From a virus (lineage: Duplodnaviria > Heunggongvirae > Uroviricota > Caudoviricetes), in IMG/VR virus record IMGVR_UViG_3300031999_000001, positions 1 through 64,000 of that record: 64,000 nt of DNA; one strand, 5' to 3'. Shown one piece after another: positions 36,361 through 46,154 of this stretch. The translations under genes and the position numbers were made by a program. The notes beneath the pieces are model-generated. The model was not told the origin of the DNA and ran no database searches. It worked only from the letters and a program-made list of their open reading frames with translations. Positions within the stretch are counted from its first letter, which is position 1. The number at the start of each line of letters is the position of its first letter.

Positions 36361-37047
36361 ATGAAAAAATTAATTTTATTATTTTTAATCTTTTTAGTTA
36401 TTTCATTTGTTTTAAACAATACTTTCATTAGTAATGCAAGAAATAATATTGATAATGACATGAGTAATATCTTGGTAAAAGAAAGATTAATTAAGTTGGA
36501 AAAAGAAGTATATTTAAAAGATTTAATACAATATATTGAATTTGAATCTGAAATAATTATTCCAGAATATTTTGATGTTAAGTATGTTGAATATACCCAT
36601 AGTCTTGCAGATACTCTTAAAATACCAATCAGAACTGCTTTCAGATTAATATATAAAGAATCTTGTTTCAGAGATACGGTTGTATCAGGAAAGGGTGCAA
36701 AGGGTCTTATGCAATTAATGCCTAATACACGTAAAATGTATTACGAACTTTTATGTGTTGATACATTAAATCTTGATAAAAATCAAGAAGATATTTATAT
36801 TGGTATGAATTATTTAAAAAATTTATATGATTTTTGGATTTCGAGAGGTAATTCCCAAAAATATTCGTGGAAATTATCGCTTGCATCATATAATGCAGGT
36901 GAAGGTACTGTACTTGATAATAATGGTATTCCGCCAATTAAAGAAACTACTGATTTCATTGCTTTTATATTAAAAACACATTCAAATCCTGAATTTTTTG
37001 CAAATTATGTTAAAAAATATGAAAACGAAATTAAAGACGGCACATGA
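36361..37047 (+). CDS. lytic transglycosylase (SLT domain) with signal peptide
   Basis: GAKGLMQLMPNT (catalytic Glu-Ser context, GLMQ-MP) and ASYNAGEG. Confidence 0.7.
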   Translation: MKKLILLFLIFLVISFVLNNTFISNARNNIDNDMSNILVKERLIKLEKEVYLKDLIQYIEFESEIIIPEYFDVKYVEYTHSLADTLKIPIRTAFRLIYKESCFRDTVVSGKGAKGLMQLMPNTRKMYYELLCVDTLNLDKNQEDIYIGMNYLKNLYDFWISRGNSQKYSWKLSLASYNAGEGTVLDNNGIPPIKETTDFIAFILKTHSNPEFFANYVKKYENEIKDGT

Positions 37048-37312
37048 AGAAGAATATTCTGATAAAAGCAGAATCATTGGTATTTTATTGAATTATTCAA
37101 TTGATGATGATTGGAAAGATAGTTTAATTTATCTTTACAGAAAAAATACCTATATTTTTTTCAACACAATTATTGACATGATTGATTATCTTCTTTATGG
37201 TGACAATAAAGTTAAAAGAGCATATATGGAAGAAAAAGATTTTGATAATTATTGGGATGCTGAATATATTGAAGGTACTTTTACTGAAAAATTAAAATGG
37301 CAATTTACCTAA
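36998..37312 (+). CDS. hypothetical protein
   Basis: ORF only; overlaps the SLT 3' end. Confidence 0.3.
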   Translation: MQIMLKNMKTKLKTAHEEEYSDKSRIIGILLNYSIDDDWKDSLIYLYRKNTYIFFNTIIDMIDYLLYGDNKVKRAYMEEKDFDNYWDAEYIEGTFTEKLKWQFT

Positions 37313-37326
37313 ATTTCGATTTTAAG

Positions 37327-37380
37327 TGGGGTATAAGAATCATCATGGTCATGGTATTATATTTTTTACCATGAATATAT
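37327..37380. terminator. convergent-transcription terminator hairpin (GGTATA..CATGGTA-N10-TACCATG..TATACC)
   Basis: Nested inverted repeats sit where the plus-strand island meets the minus-strand genes. Confidence 0.35.
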
Positions 37381-37468
37381 ACCAGAACACCTTAAAGAGA
37401 TATTAATGCGTACAATCGAAGATAATAAGCCAATTTTGTCATAATTTATCACCTGCTGATGTTATTCA

Positions 37469-38263
37469 TTAAAATTGTCTTAGTTCATTTATAAGCTGAA
37501 TAACAAGATTTGTTTGTGTTGCTGATTGTAATGCTACGAATTCTAATGTCTCTTCTGGTTTAGTACCAACATTATCCCAATAATATTTTGATAATTCATT
37601 AAGTAGTAGTAAATCAGTTGTTTTTTTTAGTCCAAGATAATCACTAATAAGCATTAAAGGAGCATATTCAAAACCATTAAATTTCCAGACATTGACAATA
37701 TCAACAAGTCCAGAATCCCAAGGTTTAAGACTTAATGATTTTTTTAATATATATGGTAATGTTTTATTCATTTTAAATTTATCTCTGTAGTAAAAAAATT
37801 TTTTAATTAAAAATGGAATATCATAAGCAATAATATTATGACCACAAAGAATTGAAGAAAATGACGGTTGAGATTTTGCATCATCTTTTGATAATTGATG
37901 CAATACATCCATGAATGTTTCAACAATTATATATTCATCTTCATTTACAATCTTTTTGAAATATCTTTTAATTACACCCTTTTCAGTATATAATGACGCA
38001 TATGTTATTGCAATAATTTTACAAAACTCTGGATGTTGTACTGCATTATCTTGATATGCGGTTTCGAAATAAGATTTGTCTTTCATTCCATCATCCAAAT
38101 CAATTTTATATTTAGTTTTTGATAAATATTTCCAACATTCAAATAGTGATTTATTTTTTATTTTAAATTCTTCAAGTGTTGGATATATTAAAACTGCTTT
38201 AATATTGAAAAAAAGCATATCATACATGCTTAATTTATTAAAAACATCATCAAATAATGTCAT
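37469..38263 (-). CDS. putative 3'-5' exonuclease (PolB-exo-like / RNase H fold)
   Basis: LCGHNIIAYDIPFL resembles the Exo II motif (G.N...FD.P[YF]L); LISDYLGL resembles Exo III Y...D. No clear Exo I motif. Confidence 0.35.
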   Translation of the reverse strand: MTLFDDVFNKLSMYDMLFFNIKAVLIYPTLEEFKIKNKSLFECWKYLSKTKYKIDLDDGMKDKSYFETAYQDNAVQHPEFCKIIAITYASLYTEKGVIKRYFKKIVNEDEYIIVETFMDVLHQLSKDDAKSQPSFSSILCGHNIIAYDIPFLIKKFFYYRDKFKMNKTLPYILKKSLSLKPWDSGLVDIVNVWKFNGFEYAPLMLISDYLGLKKTTDLLLLNELSKYYWDNVGTKPEETLEFVALQSATQTNLVIQLINELRQF

Positions 38264-38297
38264 TGTTTTTTTTTTATTATATGTAAAAATAAAATTA

Positions 38298-38648
38298 TTA
38301 TAAGTTAAATAAAAAGCGAAAAAATTTAATAATTACTGGTTTTCTCTGTATTTTAATTTCAGTATAAATATCTTTAATGTCTTTAAAACTATAACTTTTC
38401 AATTCTTTTTCATCATATTTACCATCACAATTTTTTAAAATATAAAGAATTAATTTATTACTTTTAATCGTATTATTTTTATTTTTCCTGTCAATTTCTT
38501 TTAGAAACACTTCACCCATTTCTCCAATTTCATTAACAGTTTTATTTTTTTTTCTTTTTGTATCATTTTCAAGATATTCCGAAAATGCCTCATAATTTTC
38601 ATTATCATCATCAGAATCAATTGATAATATATTCTTATCTAAAGACAT
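38298..38648 (-). CDS. hypothetical protein
   Basis: ORF only. Confidence 0.3.
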   Translation of the reverse strand: MSLDKNILSIDSDDDNENYEAFSEYLENDTKRKKNKTVNEIGEMGEVFLKEIDRKNKNNTIKSNKLILYILKNCDGKYDEKELKSYSFKDIKDIYTEIKIQRKPVIIKFFRFLFNL

Positions 38649-38657
38649 TTGAATTTA

Positions 38658-39134
38658 TTATGTTACAATATTTTCTGATGGATTAGATACTAAAGGTTTT
38701 TCTTTTGATTTCCTGCCTCTCGTTTCCTTTTTTTCATTTATAAAATTCTCACTAAGATTTTTAAATGAATTTTCTTTAAGTTCATCAAGTTCCTTATAAA
38801 ATTTATTTGCTTCTTTTTCAAGAACACCTTTCATTTCTTCCATTCTGTCAGTAAATTGTTTTTCCTTCTCAGCAATTTTTCTATTTGTTTCAATAATGAT
38901 TTCAACAAATACAATTAAATCATCAATAATAACATCGTCTTTTTTTGGAAAAATTTTGAGAAGTTTACCATCATCATTTTTAGATAAAACTTCAACACTA
39001 ATTTCATCGTTCTGATTAAAAACCCATGAACTCGGTATGCCAATTTCAAGTTCATATCTACCCTGAACAGTATCTCTTGTGATTGAGATTAAATAACCAG
39101 TTATTGGTTTTAATGCTAAATCTATTGTATTCAT
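38658..39134 (-). CDS. hypothetical coiled-coil protein
   Basis: ORF only. Confidence 0.35.
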   Translation of the reverse strand: MNTIDLALKPITGYLISITRDTVQGRYELEIGIPSSWVFNQNDEISVEVLSKNDDGKLLKIFPKKDDVIIDDLIVFVEIIIETNRKIAEKEKQFTDRMEEMKGVLEKEANKFYKELDELKENSFKNLSENFINEKKETRGRKSKEKPLVSNPSENIVT

Positions 39135-39142
39135 TTATGTTA

Positions 39143-39337
39143 TTAAAATATATATGAAAAAAATATTGTTAATGAAATCCAAAGCATAACTTTTTCAAAT
39201 TTTGTTAAAACAAATTGTGTGTTTTCATTTAATATAAATCTTCCATACATTCTTAAAATTAAATTACAAAAAACGTAAATCATAAAAATGATGGAAGATA
39301 TAAATAAAATTTGATATATCTCGGTTAATATTGTCAT
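39143..39337 (-). CDS. small membrane protein
   Basis: Two hydrophobic helices. Confidence 0.3.
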   Translation of the reverse strand: MTILTEIYQILFISSIIFMIYVFCNLILRMYGRFILNENTQFVLTKFEKVMLWISLTIFFSYIF

Positions 39338-39340
39338 GTA

Positions 39341-39628
39341 TTATTCTCCATGACTTTGACCCGGATGTACCTGTCCGACAGGTTTTTGTCCCATAGTTGC
39401 TGCATCTGGTTGTACTACTGGTGGAACTGGTACTGGTTCTTGAAAATATTGTTCAACCAAATTCATTTGGGCATTTAGAATCGCAAGAGTTGAAAGCCTA
39501 TATGACATTGAATTAATTTTTTCAAGATAATTAGTATTTGGGTCTTGTGCAAGACGTACTAATTCAAGTTCTTCGTAATATTTATCATTTTTCAGTTTGT
39601 TTAAAAGGTCAAGTTTTAAATTTGCCAT
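39341..39628 (-). CDS. hypothetical protein
   Basis: ORF only. Confidence 0.3.
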   Translation of the reverse strand: MANLKLDLLNKLKNDKYYEELELVRLAQDPNTNYLEKINSMSYRLSTLAILNAQMNLVEQYFQEPVPVPPVVQPDAATMGQKPVGQVHPGQSHGE

Positions 39629-39704
39629 AATTGTTTTAATTTAAAATAAAATTATTTTTTATGTTTCCAAAAATAATGATAATAAATACGAGATGCAAGA
39701 CTTT

Positions 39705-40139
39705 TTATACAATTTCAAGAATATTTTTTTCTATATTAATTGATTTGTCATATATATTATATATTTCAATAAGAATATTTAAAATATTTTTATTTTTTTG
39801 TTTATCAGCCTCAAATATGTTCTTCCAAAAATTTTCATAATATACTAATGATGTATCTTGATTAAGATTATTTTTATTGAGTTTATAAAATTGGTTATAA
39901 TAATATGCATAAAAATATTCTTTCAGTTCAGTATTTTTTGTAAAATCAATGCCTTCTATTAAAAATTCTTCACACACTTTTTTAAAACACCACGAATAAT
40001 GATTATAAATATCCTCATCCATACTAAGACTTTCTCTGTCAATATAATAATATTGAATATAATATAATAAATTTAATGCGAAATCTTTATATATTTCAAT
40101 TCTGTCTTTAACAATTATATATTTTTGAGTAGTGCCCAT
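39705..40139 (-). CDS. hypothetical protein
   Basis: ORF only. Confidence 0.35.
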   Translation of the reverse strand: MGTTQKYIIVKDRIEIYKDFALNLLYYIQYYYIDRESLSMDEDIYNHYSWCFKKVCEEFLIEGIDFTKNTELKEYFYAYYYNQFYKLNKNNLNQDTSLVYYENFWKNIFEADKQKNKNILNILIEIYNIYDKSINIEKNILEIV

Positions 40140-40140
40140 A

Positions 40141-40959
40141 TTATTTTAAAGATTTAAGCATATTAATTAATCTTTCATCTGGATAACAATCCGATTTTTC
40201 GTTTCCTCTAAAACTTACATGTGTCCAGATACCTGCCTGACCATTTAATGCTTTATTTGAAAGTGCCCACATATCAAAATTATATTCTAATGGAATTTTA
40301 TATTTTACATTCCAGAATATTAAAAGTTTTTTAATTGCTTCAATTTGTGCATCAGTATATTTTTCAAAACCATAAAATCCATTAAAACCTTGTGGACATT
40401 CTTGTACGTTTGTTATTGGTTTAATAGCAATATTTGCTACATTTTTCTTTTGTATATCATCCCATTTTGCTGGATACCATTTATCATTGATTTTCACTAA
40501 TGCACCCCAAGAATCAATTTCAATTCCAATAGATGCTTTATTTAAGGCTGTATTATTTAAAGCATGTGTACCAAGATGATGTGCCCAATATTTTGTTGAA
40601 AAACATTGATATATTTTACCATCCCAGCCAATAATAACTGCAGTGCCAATTCTTTCAACAGTACTTCTCCACCATGCAATATCACCTTCAGTGCCTTGTC
40701 CCGATACTGTATGATGTAATACAATTTGTTTTTTATTAGTTTCTTCTCTAAAATATTGGTTATCGGGAAAATCAACTTGAATAATATCATTTAAATTTAA
40801 TTTAAGATATTCAACACTTTCATTACATTTTTGTTTTTCTGCTTGTCCTTTTGTGTCTTTAAACAAACCAAATGAAAATTTATATAAACTATCCATAACT
40901 TTTTTACATAAATACTTTCTATCTAATATAAAATAAAAAAGGTGTTGATTATTCAACAC
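40141..40959 (-). CDS. N-acetylmuramoyl-L-alanine amidase (Amidase_2/PGRP family)
   Basis: VLHHTVSG ... WHAHHLG ... KASIGIEIDSWG match the zinc-ligand and substrate motifs of T7-lysozyme/PGRP amidases. Confidence 0.65.
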   Translation of the reverse strand: MLNNQHLFYFILDRKYLCKKVMDSLYKFSFGLFKDTKGQAEKQKCNESVEYLKLNLNDIIQVDFPDNQYFREETNKKQIVLHHTVSGQGTEGDIAWWRSTVERIGTAVIIGWDGKIYQCFSTKYWAHHLGTHALNNTALNKASIGIEIDSWGALVKINDKWYPAKWDDIQKKNVANIAIKPITNVQECPQGFNGFYGFEKYTDAQIEAIKKLLIFWNVKYKIPLEYNFDMWALSNKALNGQAGIWTHVSFRGNEKSDCYPDERLINMLKSLK

Positions 40960-41008
40960 CTTATAAAATTAATTGAAAATTTTATTTATTCCTAATATTT
41001 TTTAATAT

Positions 41009-43579
41009 CTAAAATCCACGATTTTTTTTAACATTTTTGGTGTCAATAAAATCATTAGGTTTATAACCAAGTAAATGTTTCATTTTATTAAATTGTTCAT
41101 TAATTACTGGTTTTTCTTCCTTATGTTCATTTTCATTCAATTTCTGAACAGGATTTTTCAAAACAAATATCTTTTTACCATCAGTATAATATTTATTTTC
41201 CGATAATATAGATTCAACACCTTCATTAATACTAACTTTTTTGTTTTGTGCTTTGCTCTTATATTTGTTACCAAATCCAGTGAAATCAAGTTTGAACATT
41301 TCTTCAACTTCCTTTACATCATCAACAATTTTGGCTTCATTCAATCTAAAATCCATAATAAATTTTTTGCCAAGAGCATCCACAAATCTACCAGTAATCA
41401 TAGATTCTTTAATACCTTCTCTTTCACTCCAACCAGTTTGTTCTTTATTGAATTGTACTTTATCGGATGTCGTATCTTCAACAGGTTGGGGGTCTTTATT
41501 ATACATAGGTGCTTTTCCACGGAATTTAAGTTGTTTTTGTCTTTGATCATAAAGTTTATCGCCCATATCTTTCTTCATACGATCTTCGAAACGTTTACCC
41601 GGTTCATTATCATACACTAAACTCTGTTGACCAAGACGATACATATTAACTTCATCCTGTTCGTCTTTAGTTAAATTACGTTTTGGAATTTCATCACCTT
41701 TATCATTAGCCGAATCGCCAACATTTTTTAATGCTTCATCGCTTTCAGCATCAGTTATTTTAATTTCTTTCTTTTCAATGTCCTGACCTAATTTTTGTGG
41801 GTCTTTGCCAACATCGGTTTGTTGGTCTTTCCATTGCAATTCTTTTTCAACATCAATAACATCTTTAGTTACACTATGTTGTAAGTCTTTTTTGAAATTT
41901 ACCTCATTTTCAGACCCAAGACGATCTCTTAATACCAATGCTGATGGTTTTCTTTCTTCACTCATATTTTTTAATTTATTATGATGAACTGAATACGCAT
42001 TCAATTCATCATTTATTTCTTCTAATAATTTAATATCACTTTCGTTCATTGTTTTAGTGCCTACATCCATAGTTGAACTTAGTTCGCCAGTTGGATTTGC
42101 TTTATTAGACATCGATGTGTTATTTGATTGTATCATAGTTTGTGTTTCTTCTTTAACTTTTTCAGGTAATTTTTTATGTTTGGTTGAAGCAAAATCTTCC
42201 GCATCATTTTTACTCATACTTGCTGCTGCTTTTTCAACATCACTCCCAACTTTTTCAGGACTTAATTCACCTTTTTGTACAGCATGAACCATTCCCATGA
42301 AACGTTGTTGTGACTTAGAAACTGCTTTTTCATTTACTGGTTGTTTTTCCATTTTTTCGTTTTTATTTATTGTATTATCAATACCATCTTGTTCCATAAC
42401 ATTAAGATTCGGTTTATCTAATTGACCAGTTTTAATATCGGTATCAATTGTATTAATATCTTTATTGGGCATATTATTTGTTTCAGTACCATAAGCATCT
42501 GATGTTTTACCAATAAAATCTATTTCTTTTCCCCTATCAAATTGTTCATTTAAAACATTAACATACTTTTCAAATCCACTTGGGTCTATTAAATAATTAC
42601 CTTCCTGAATAATAGTACCGCCTTTCCAAATAGGTTTTCTCATTATATTTGATTTACCCTTTGTTTTCATCAAATCACCATCACCCCATGCTGAAGGACC
42701 AGCATAACCCACATATCCTGCAGCACCACCAGCACTACCAGCAGTTGTTGTTTCTTCTACTTTTTTCTCATATCCTAATGCAGGAGCAAATGCACCAGCA
42801 CTTGCAGCACCAGTTGTTTCATTTGTTGAATTTAACACATTTAAGTTATATCCAATACTTTCAAGTTCTGTCTTAAGGTCTTGATATTCTTCAGGTGTTG
42901 CTGGTCTGCTTTCTTCAGCATAATTAGGATGAACGGCAGAATGTTGTCCTATGTGTGAATACGCAGTTTTATATTCTCCTTTTGAATCAAAATTTTCCTC
43001 TGGAAAATATGCAAATACATCAGGATTTTCAGGGTCTTTTTCATTAACTAAAAATAATATTTTAGTTTTTTCATTATCACTTTCAGTAACTTCTGGTTTT
43101 AAACCAGTTTGAGCAAGTGGTTTTGGTTCTGATTTTTTCATAATTTCTTTTCCTGCCTTTCTTAATTGGTTAATACCACTTTGATCTCTTCTTTTTTTCT
43201 CTTTTGGTATTGCCATTTTATATTTCTGTAAATATTTTGGACTATTAAGAACATAGTCATTAAATAACATATTCATAATGGTTTCATTATAATGATATCC
43301 ATATTTTTCTTCACCATTTACAGACATTTCGTTATAAACCGCTAATAATTTTGGGTCTGAGAAAACCAATGCTTCCATTTTAGCTAAATTAAAAATTTTC
43401 TTTTTTAACGATTGTTCCTTCTCTGTTAACAATTCATCCGTTTCATTTAATTTAACATTATATTGATTCATGGTTTTTTTAAAATTTTTTTCAAACCCCT
43501 GAGATTGTTTATTTATTGGTTTACCTAATGTTGGTTTAAATGTTTCTTCATTTCTCATCATAATCCAATATCTTTTCAA
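41009..43579 (-). CDS. large hypothetical protein (856 aa) with Gly/Ala/Ser low-complexity segment; possible virion-associated protein
   Basis: ORF size and its position next to the amidase; no catalytic motif recognised. Confidence 0.45.
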   Translation of the reverse strand: MKRYWIMMRNEETFKPTLGKPINKQSQGFEKNFKKTMNQYNVKLNETDELLTEKEQSLKKKIFNLAKMEALVFSDPKLLAVYNEMSVNGEEKYGYHYNETIMNMLFNDYVLNSPKYLQKYKMAIPKEKKRRDQSGINQLRKAGKEIMKKSEPKPLAQTGLKPEVTESDNEKTKILFLVNEKDPENPDVFAYFPEENFDSKGEYKTAYSHIGQHSAVHPNYAEESRPATPEEYQDLKTELESIGYNLNVLNSTNETTGAASAGAFAPALGYEKKVEETTTAGSAGGAAGYVGYAGPSAWGDGDLMKTKGKSNIMRKPIWKGGTIIQEGNYLIDPSGFEKYVNVLNEQFDRGKEIDFIGKTSDAYGTETNNMPNKDINTIDTDIKTGQLDKPNLNVMEQDGIDNTINKNEKMEKQPVNEKAVSKSQQRFMGMVHAVQKGELSPEKVGSDVEKAAASMSKNDAEDFASTKHKKLPEKVKEETQTMIQSNNTSMSNKANPTGELSSTMDVGTKTMNESDIKLLEEINDELNAYSVHHNKLKNMSEERKPSALVLRDRLGSENEVNFKKDLQHSVTKDVIDVEKELQWKDQQTDVGKDPQKLGQDIEKKEIKITDAESDEALKNVGDSANDKGDEIPKRNLTKDEQDEVNMYRLGQQSLVYDNEPGKRFEDRMKKDMGDKLYDQRQKQLKFRGKAPMYNKDPQPVEDTTSDKVQFNKEQTGWSEREGIKESMITGRFVDALGKKFIMDFRLNEAKIVDDVKEVEEMFKLDFTGFGNKYKSKAQNKKVSINEGVESILSENKYYTDGKKIFVLKNPVQKLNENEHKEEKPVINEQFNKMKHLLGYKPNDFIDTKNVKKNRGF

Positions 43580-43598
43580 TATAAATACATAAATATTA

Positions 43599-44423
43599 TC
43601 AATTATTTATAATTATAATATTTCCAGACTTAATGTGTCTATTTGTATATGAACAAAGTGGTTGTAAATTTGTATAATGATTTAATTTTAAAACCTCTTC
43701 TTCGGTTTTTGCTGTAGACAGAGGAATTATATGATCAATATCCCACCCAACATTTATTTTTCTTGGCTCGCCATTCCAATTACCATAATTATCCCAATTC
43801 ATCCATGATTCAAATTTTGATTCTAAATGTTTTTTAAAATCCTTTAATGTACAACCAAGAATATTTTGCGTTTTTGACGCTTTCTTATAACCACTTAATT
43901 TTATTGAACTTATTATTAAACTTCTAACATTACATTTTAACTTATACAACATATCATATGATTTTCTATCATTTCTATGTTCCACACTTTGTTTATTTAT
44001 TTTATTTTTATTCTTTCGATAGTATTCTTTTTTATTTTCTAAAATTTCGTTTCTATTATTTGAATAGTATTCTTTTTTATTTTCTAAAATTTCGTTTCTA
44101 TTATTTAAATGATATTCTTTGTTGTATTTATCATAATATTCTTTATGGTTTAAACGATATTCTTCAATTTTTTTAATATTGTTCGAATAATATTCTTTTT
44201 TATGTTTTAAAATTTTTTCTCTATTATTTGAATAATATTTAACATCTCTTTCTTTAATTTTTTCTTTGTTATTCAAATAATAATCATTAACTCTGTTTTT
44301 AATTTTTTCACCATTATTTAAATAACGGTTTTTTTCACGTTTTAATTTCTTTTCTTTATTTTTTAAATAATAATCTCTATCGTATTTTCTTCTATCTAAT
44401 GATATTTCTTCAATTATTTTCAT
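43599..44423 (-). CDS. HNH endonuclease with N-terminal 15-aa tandem repeats
   Basis: C-terminal WDIDHIIPLS ... NLQPLC ... N HNH motif. The N-terminus carries ~8 repeats YYSNN(R/K)EKI..(N/H)KKE. Confidence 0.65.
   Translation of the reverse strand: MKIIEEISLDRRKYDRDYYLKNKEKKLKREKNRYLNNGEKIKNRVNDYYLNNKEKIKERDVKYYSNNREKILKHKKEYYSNNIKKIEEYRLNHKEYYDKYNKEYHLNNRNEILENKKEYYSNNRNEILENKKEYYRKNKNKINKQSVEHRNDRKSYDMLYKLKCNVRSLIISSIKLSGYKKASKTQNILGCTLKDFKKHLESKFESWMNWDNYGNWNGEPRKINVGWDIDHIIPLSTAKTEEEVLKLNHYTNLQPLCSYTNRHIKSGNIIIINN
43958..44176 (-). repeat. 45-bp tandem direct repeats (2 perfect plus degenerate flanking copies) inside the HNH gene
   Basis: agtattcttttttattttctaaaatttcgtttctattatttgaat occurs twice in tandem with divergent neighbouring copies. 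In frame, it encodes NRNEILENKKEYYSN. Confidence 0.6.
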
Positions 44424-44443
44424 AACTATTTCTAAATGAATGA

Positions 44444-44650
44444 TTAGTGGATATCCGTCTTCCAGAAATCACGTTTAGACCAAAGAACTTTATAAACAGA
44501 TTCCATTGCGTTTTTAATTGTTGTAATCAATTCATCTCTTGATTGACTACTTGAATTATGAAGTACTTTTTTTATTTCTTTATCAAAAGAATCATTAATG
44601 AATTTTTTTATTTCATCATTAACAATATCCTTAATATCATTTTTATCCAT
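44444..44650 (-). CDS. hypothetical protein
   Basis: ORF only. Confidence 0.3.
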   Translation of the reverse strand: MDKNDIKDIVNDEIKKFINDSFDKEIKKVLHNSSSQSRDELITTIKNAMESVYKVLWSKRDFWKTDIH

Positions 44651-44715
44651 ATTATCTTTATTCGTTGTTTATAAATACTTAGTCGACACAAAAAATTGAT
44701 AATAAATAAAAGGCA

Positions 44716-45537
44716 TTATTTCATTAATAAATATACAGTACCCGCACCAATAGCACCGCCCATTCCAATATATAATACAGTTTTACCGTTTTTAATAAAA
44801 AAGTTACCAAATTTTTGCCAACCATTTGGATTAATATTTAACTTATCAAGTGATGGTATTGCATAACTTTCAACGTTTATTGTTTTGATATATTTATTTG
44901 AATTGCTTACACTAAATGATATTGGATAACCTTTTTTCTTTTCATTTTTCCAGTGAAATTCAATAAATTGCTTGTTTGGAAGTTCAATGGATTTGAACAA
45001 TAAATCGGGGTTGATATCAAGATGTGCGGGAAGAACATGAAGCACATCAATATCATATCTGAAAGTACTGTCTTGTGTTTTTAAATTATTAAAATTAATT
45101 TTTTTCTTTGTAGTATCAATAATAGTTTCTGCACCATCCAGAAGTTCGTGTTTTAATGAATCAATATGTGCATTAGTTTCAATAAGTGCTGCTGCAATAA
45201 TTGTATTTTTTTTGTTTAATTCTTTCACTCTATCAATCAATTCTTTTTGTGAATCAGATAATTTTTCATATATTTCTTTAAGATTTTTTATATTTTCTTG
45301 CATTGTGAGTTTTTCACTAACCCATTCATCACGTTGATTCTGATAAATTTTAACAGTATCAATTAATGCATCTTTTAATTTAACTTCAGTTTGATATTTA
45401 TCTTTTAGATTTGCAATTCTATTATGTTGAAAATAAACAATTGCTGATAATATTAATATTATTGCAATTATGATTGCAATTAACATATGATTTTTTTGTT
45501 TTAAAAAATTCCAAAAAATTCCTAATATATTTTTCAT
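44716..45537 (-). CDS. membrane protein with coiled-coil (N- and C-terminal TM helices)
   Basis: Hydropathy pattern. Confidence 0.4.
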   Translation of the reverse strand: MKNILGIFWNFLKQKNHMLIAIIIAIILILSAIVYFQHNRIANLKDKYQTEVKLKDALIDTVKIYQNQRDEWVSEKLTMQENIKNLKEIYEKLSDSQKELIDRVKELNKKNTIIAAALIETNAHIDSLKHELLDGAETIIDTTKKKINFNNLKTQDSTFRYDIDVLHVLPAHLDINPDLLFKSIELPNKQFIEFHWKNEKKKGYPISFSVSNSNKYIKTINVESYAIPSLDKLNINPNGWQKFGNFFIKNGKTVLYIGMGGAIGAGTVYLLMK

Positions 45538-45577
45538 GGTTATAATTTTTTATAATAAATACTTATGGGTAAAAAAA

Positions 45578-45597
45578 CCTGACATTTATTTGTCAGG
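45578..45597 (-). terminator. rho-independent terminator (CCTGACA-N6-TGTCAGG plus T-tract on minus strand)
   Basis: Hairpin followed on the minus strand by TTTTTTT. Confidence 0.5.
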
Positions 45598-45623
45598 TAA
45601 TCATCAAGTTTTTAATTTTTTTA

Positions 45624-46130
45624 TTATTGAAGTATGTTATTTCTCCAATATTTATAAAATGAATCATAATAAGATTCAATTTTTTTAATAATTATGTCAT
45701 TATCGGGATTATCGGGAGAAAAATCTTCCAAATAATTGAATTCAACACCGCTTGTTTTTTCATCTGGTGTTACTTTATAAACAAATTGTATAATTCCATC
45801 AACAGTACCGCCCCAAAAAATCAAATCATCATATACTTCCAAATCAATAAATTTAATATTAACATTCATATCATTAAAAAAATTTTTTAATTTTTCTTCT
45901 TCTTTACTCTGGTCATAAACGGTTTTTTTATTTTCTGCTTTTTTTTCATCATTTTCTTCTGCCTGTTCATTTAAACTGCGTGTAATTTTTAACATGTCAC
46001 GCATTGTTAAATCTTTTTTTGATGTTTTAACATCTTCGTTTACAACATATTTTTCACCACGCATTCTACGTAATAAAATTCTTATTTGATTTGGTGCAGG
46101 TTTGTTATTCATATTTAATTTTATAATCAT
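45624..46130 (-). CDS. hypothetical protein
   Basis: ORF only. Confidence 0.4.
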   Translation of the reverse strand: MIIKLNMNNKPAPNQIRILLRRMRGEKYVVNEDVKTSKKDLTMRDMLKITRSLNEQAEENDEKKAENKKTVYDQSKEEEKLKNFFNDMNVNIKFIDLEVYDDLIFWGGTVDGIIQFVYKVTPDEKTSGVEFNYLEDFSPDNPDNDIIIKKIESYYDSFYKYWRNNILQ

Positions 46131-46154
46131 ATTTTATTATTTAATATAAATACT

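Noticed and set aside
41246-41620. Plus-strand ORFs antisense to the 856-aa gene (also 42057..42287 and the His/Gln-rich 42649..42876)
   Set aside because: Antisense frames with biased composition and no start context. The minus-strand 856-aa frame is continuous and far longer.
43958-44176. Possible CRISPR-like array suggested by the tandem repeats
   Set aside because: Units are directly adjacent with no unique spacers, are 45 bp long, and lie in-frame inside an HNH gene. This is a coding tandem duplication, not a CRISPR array.
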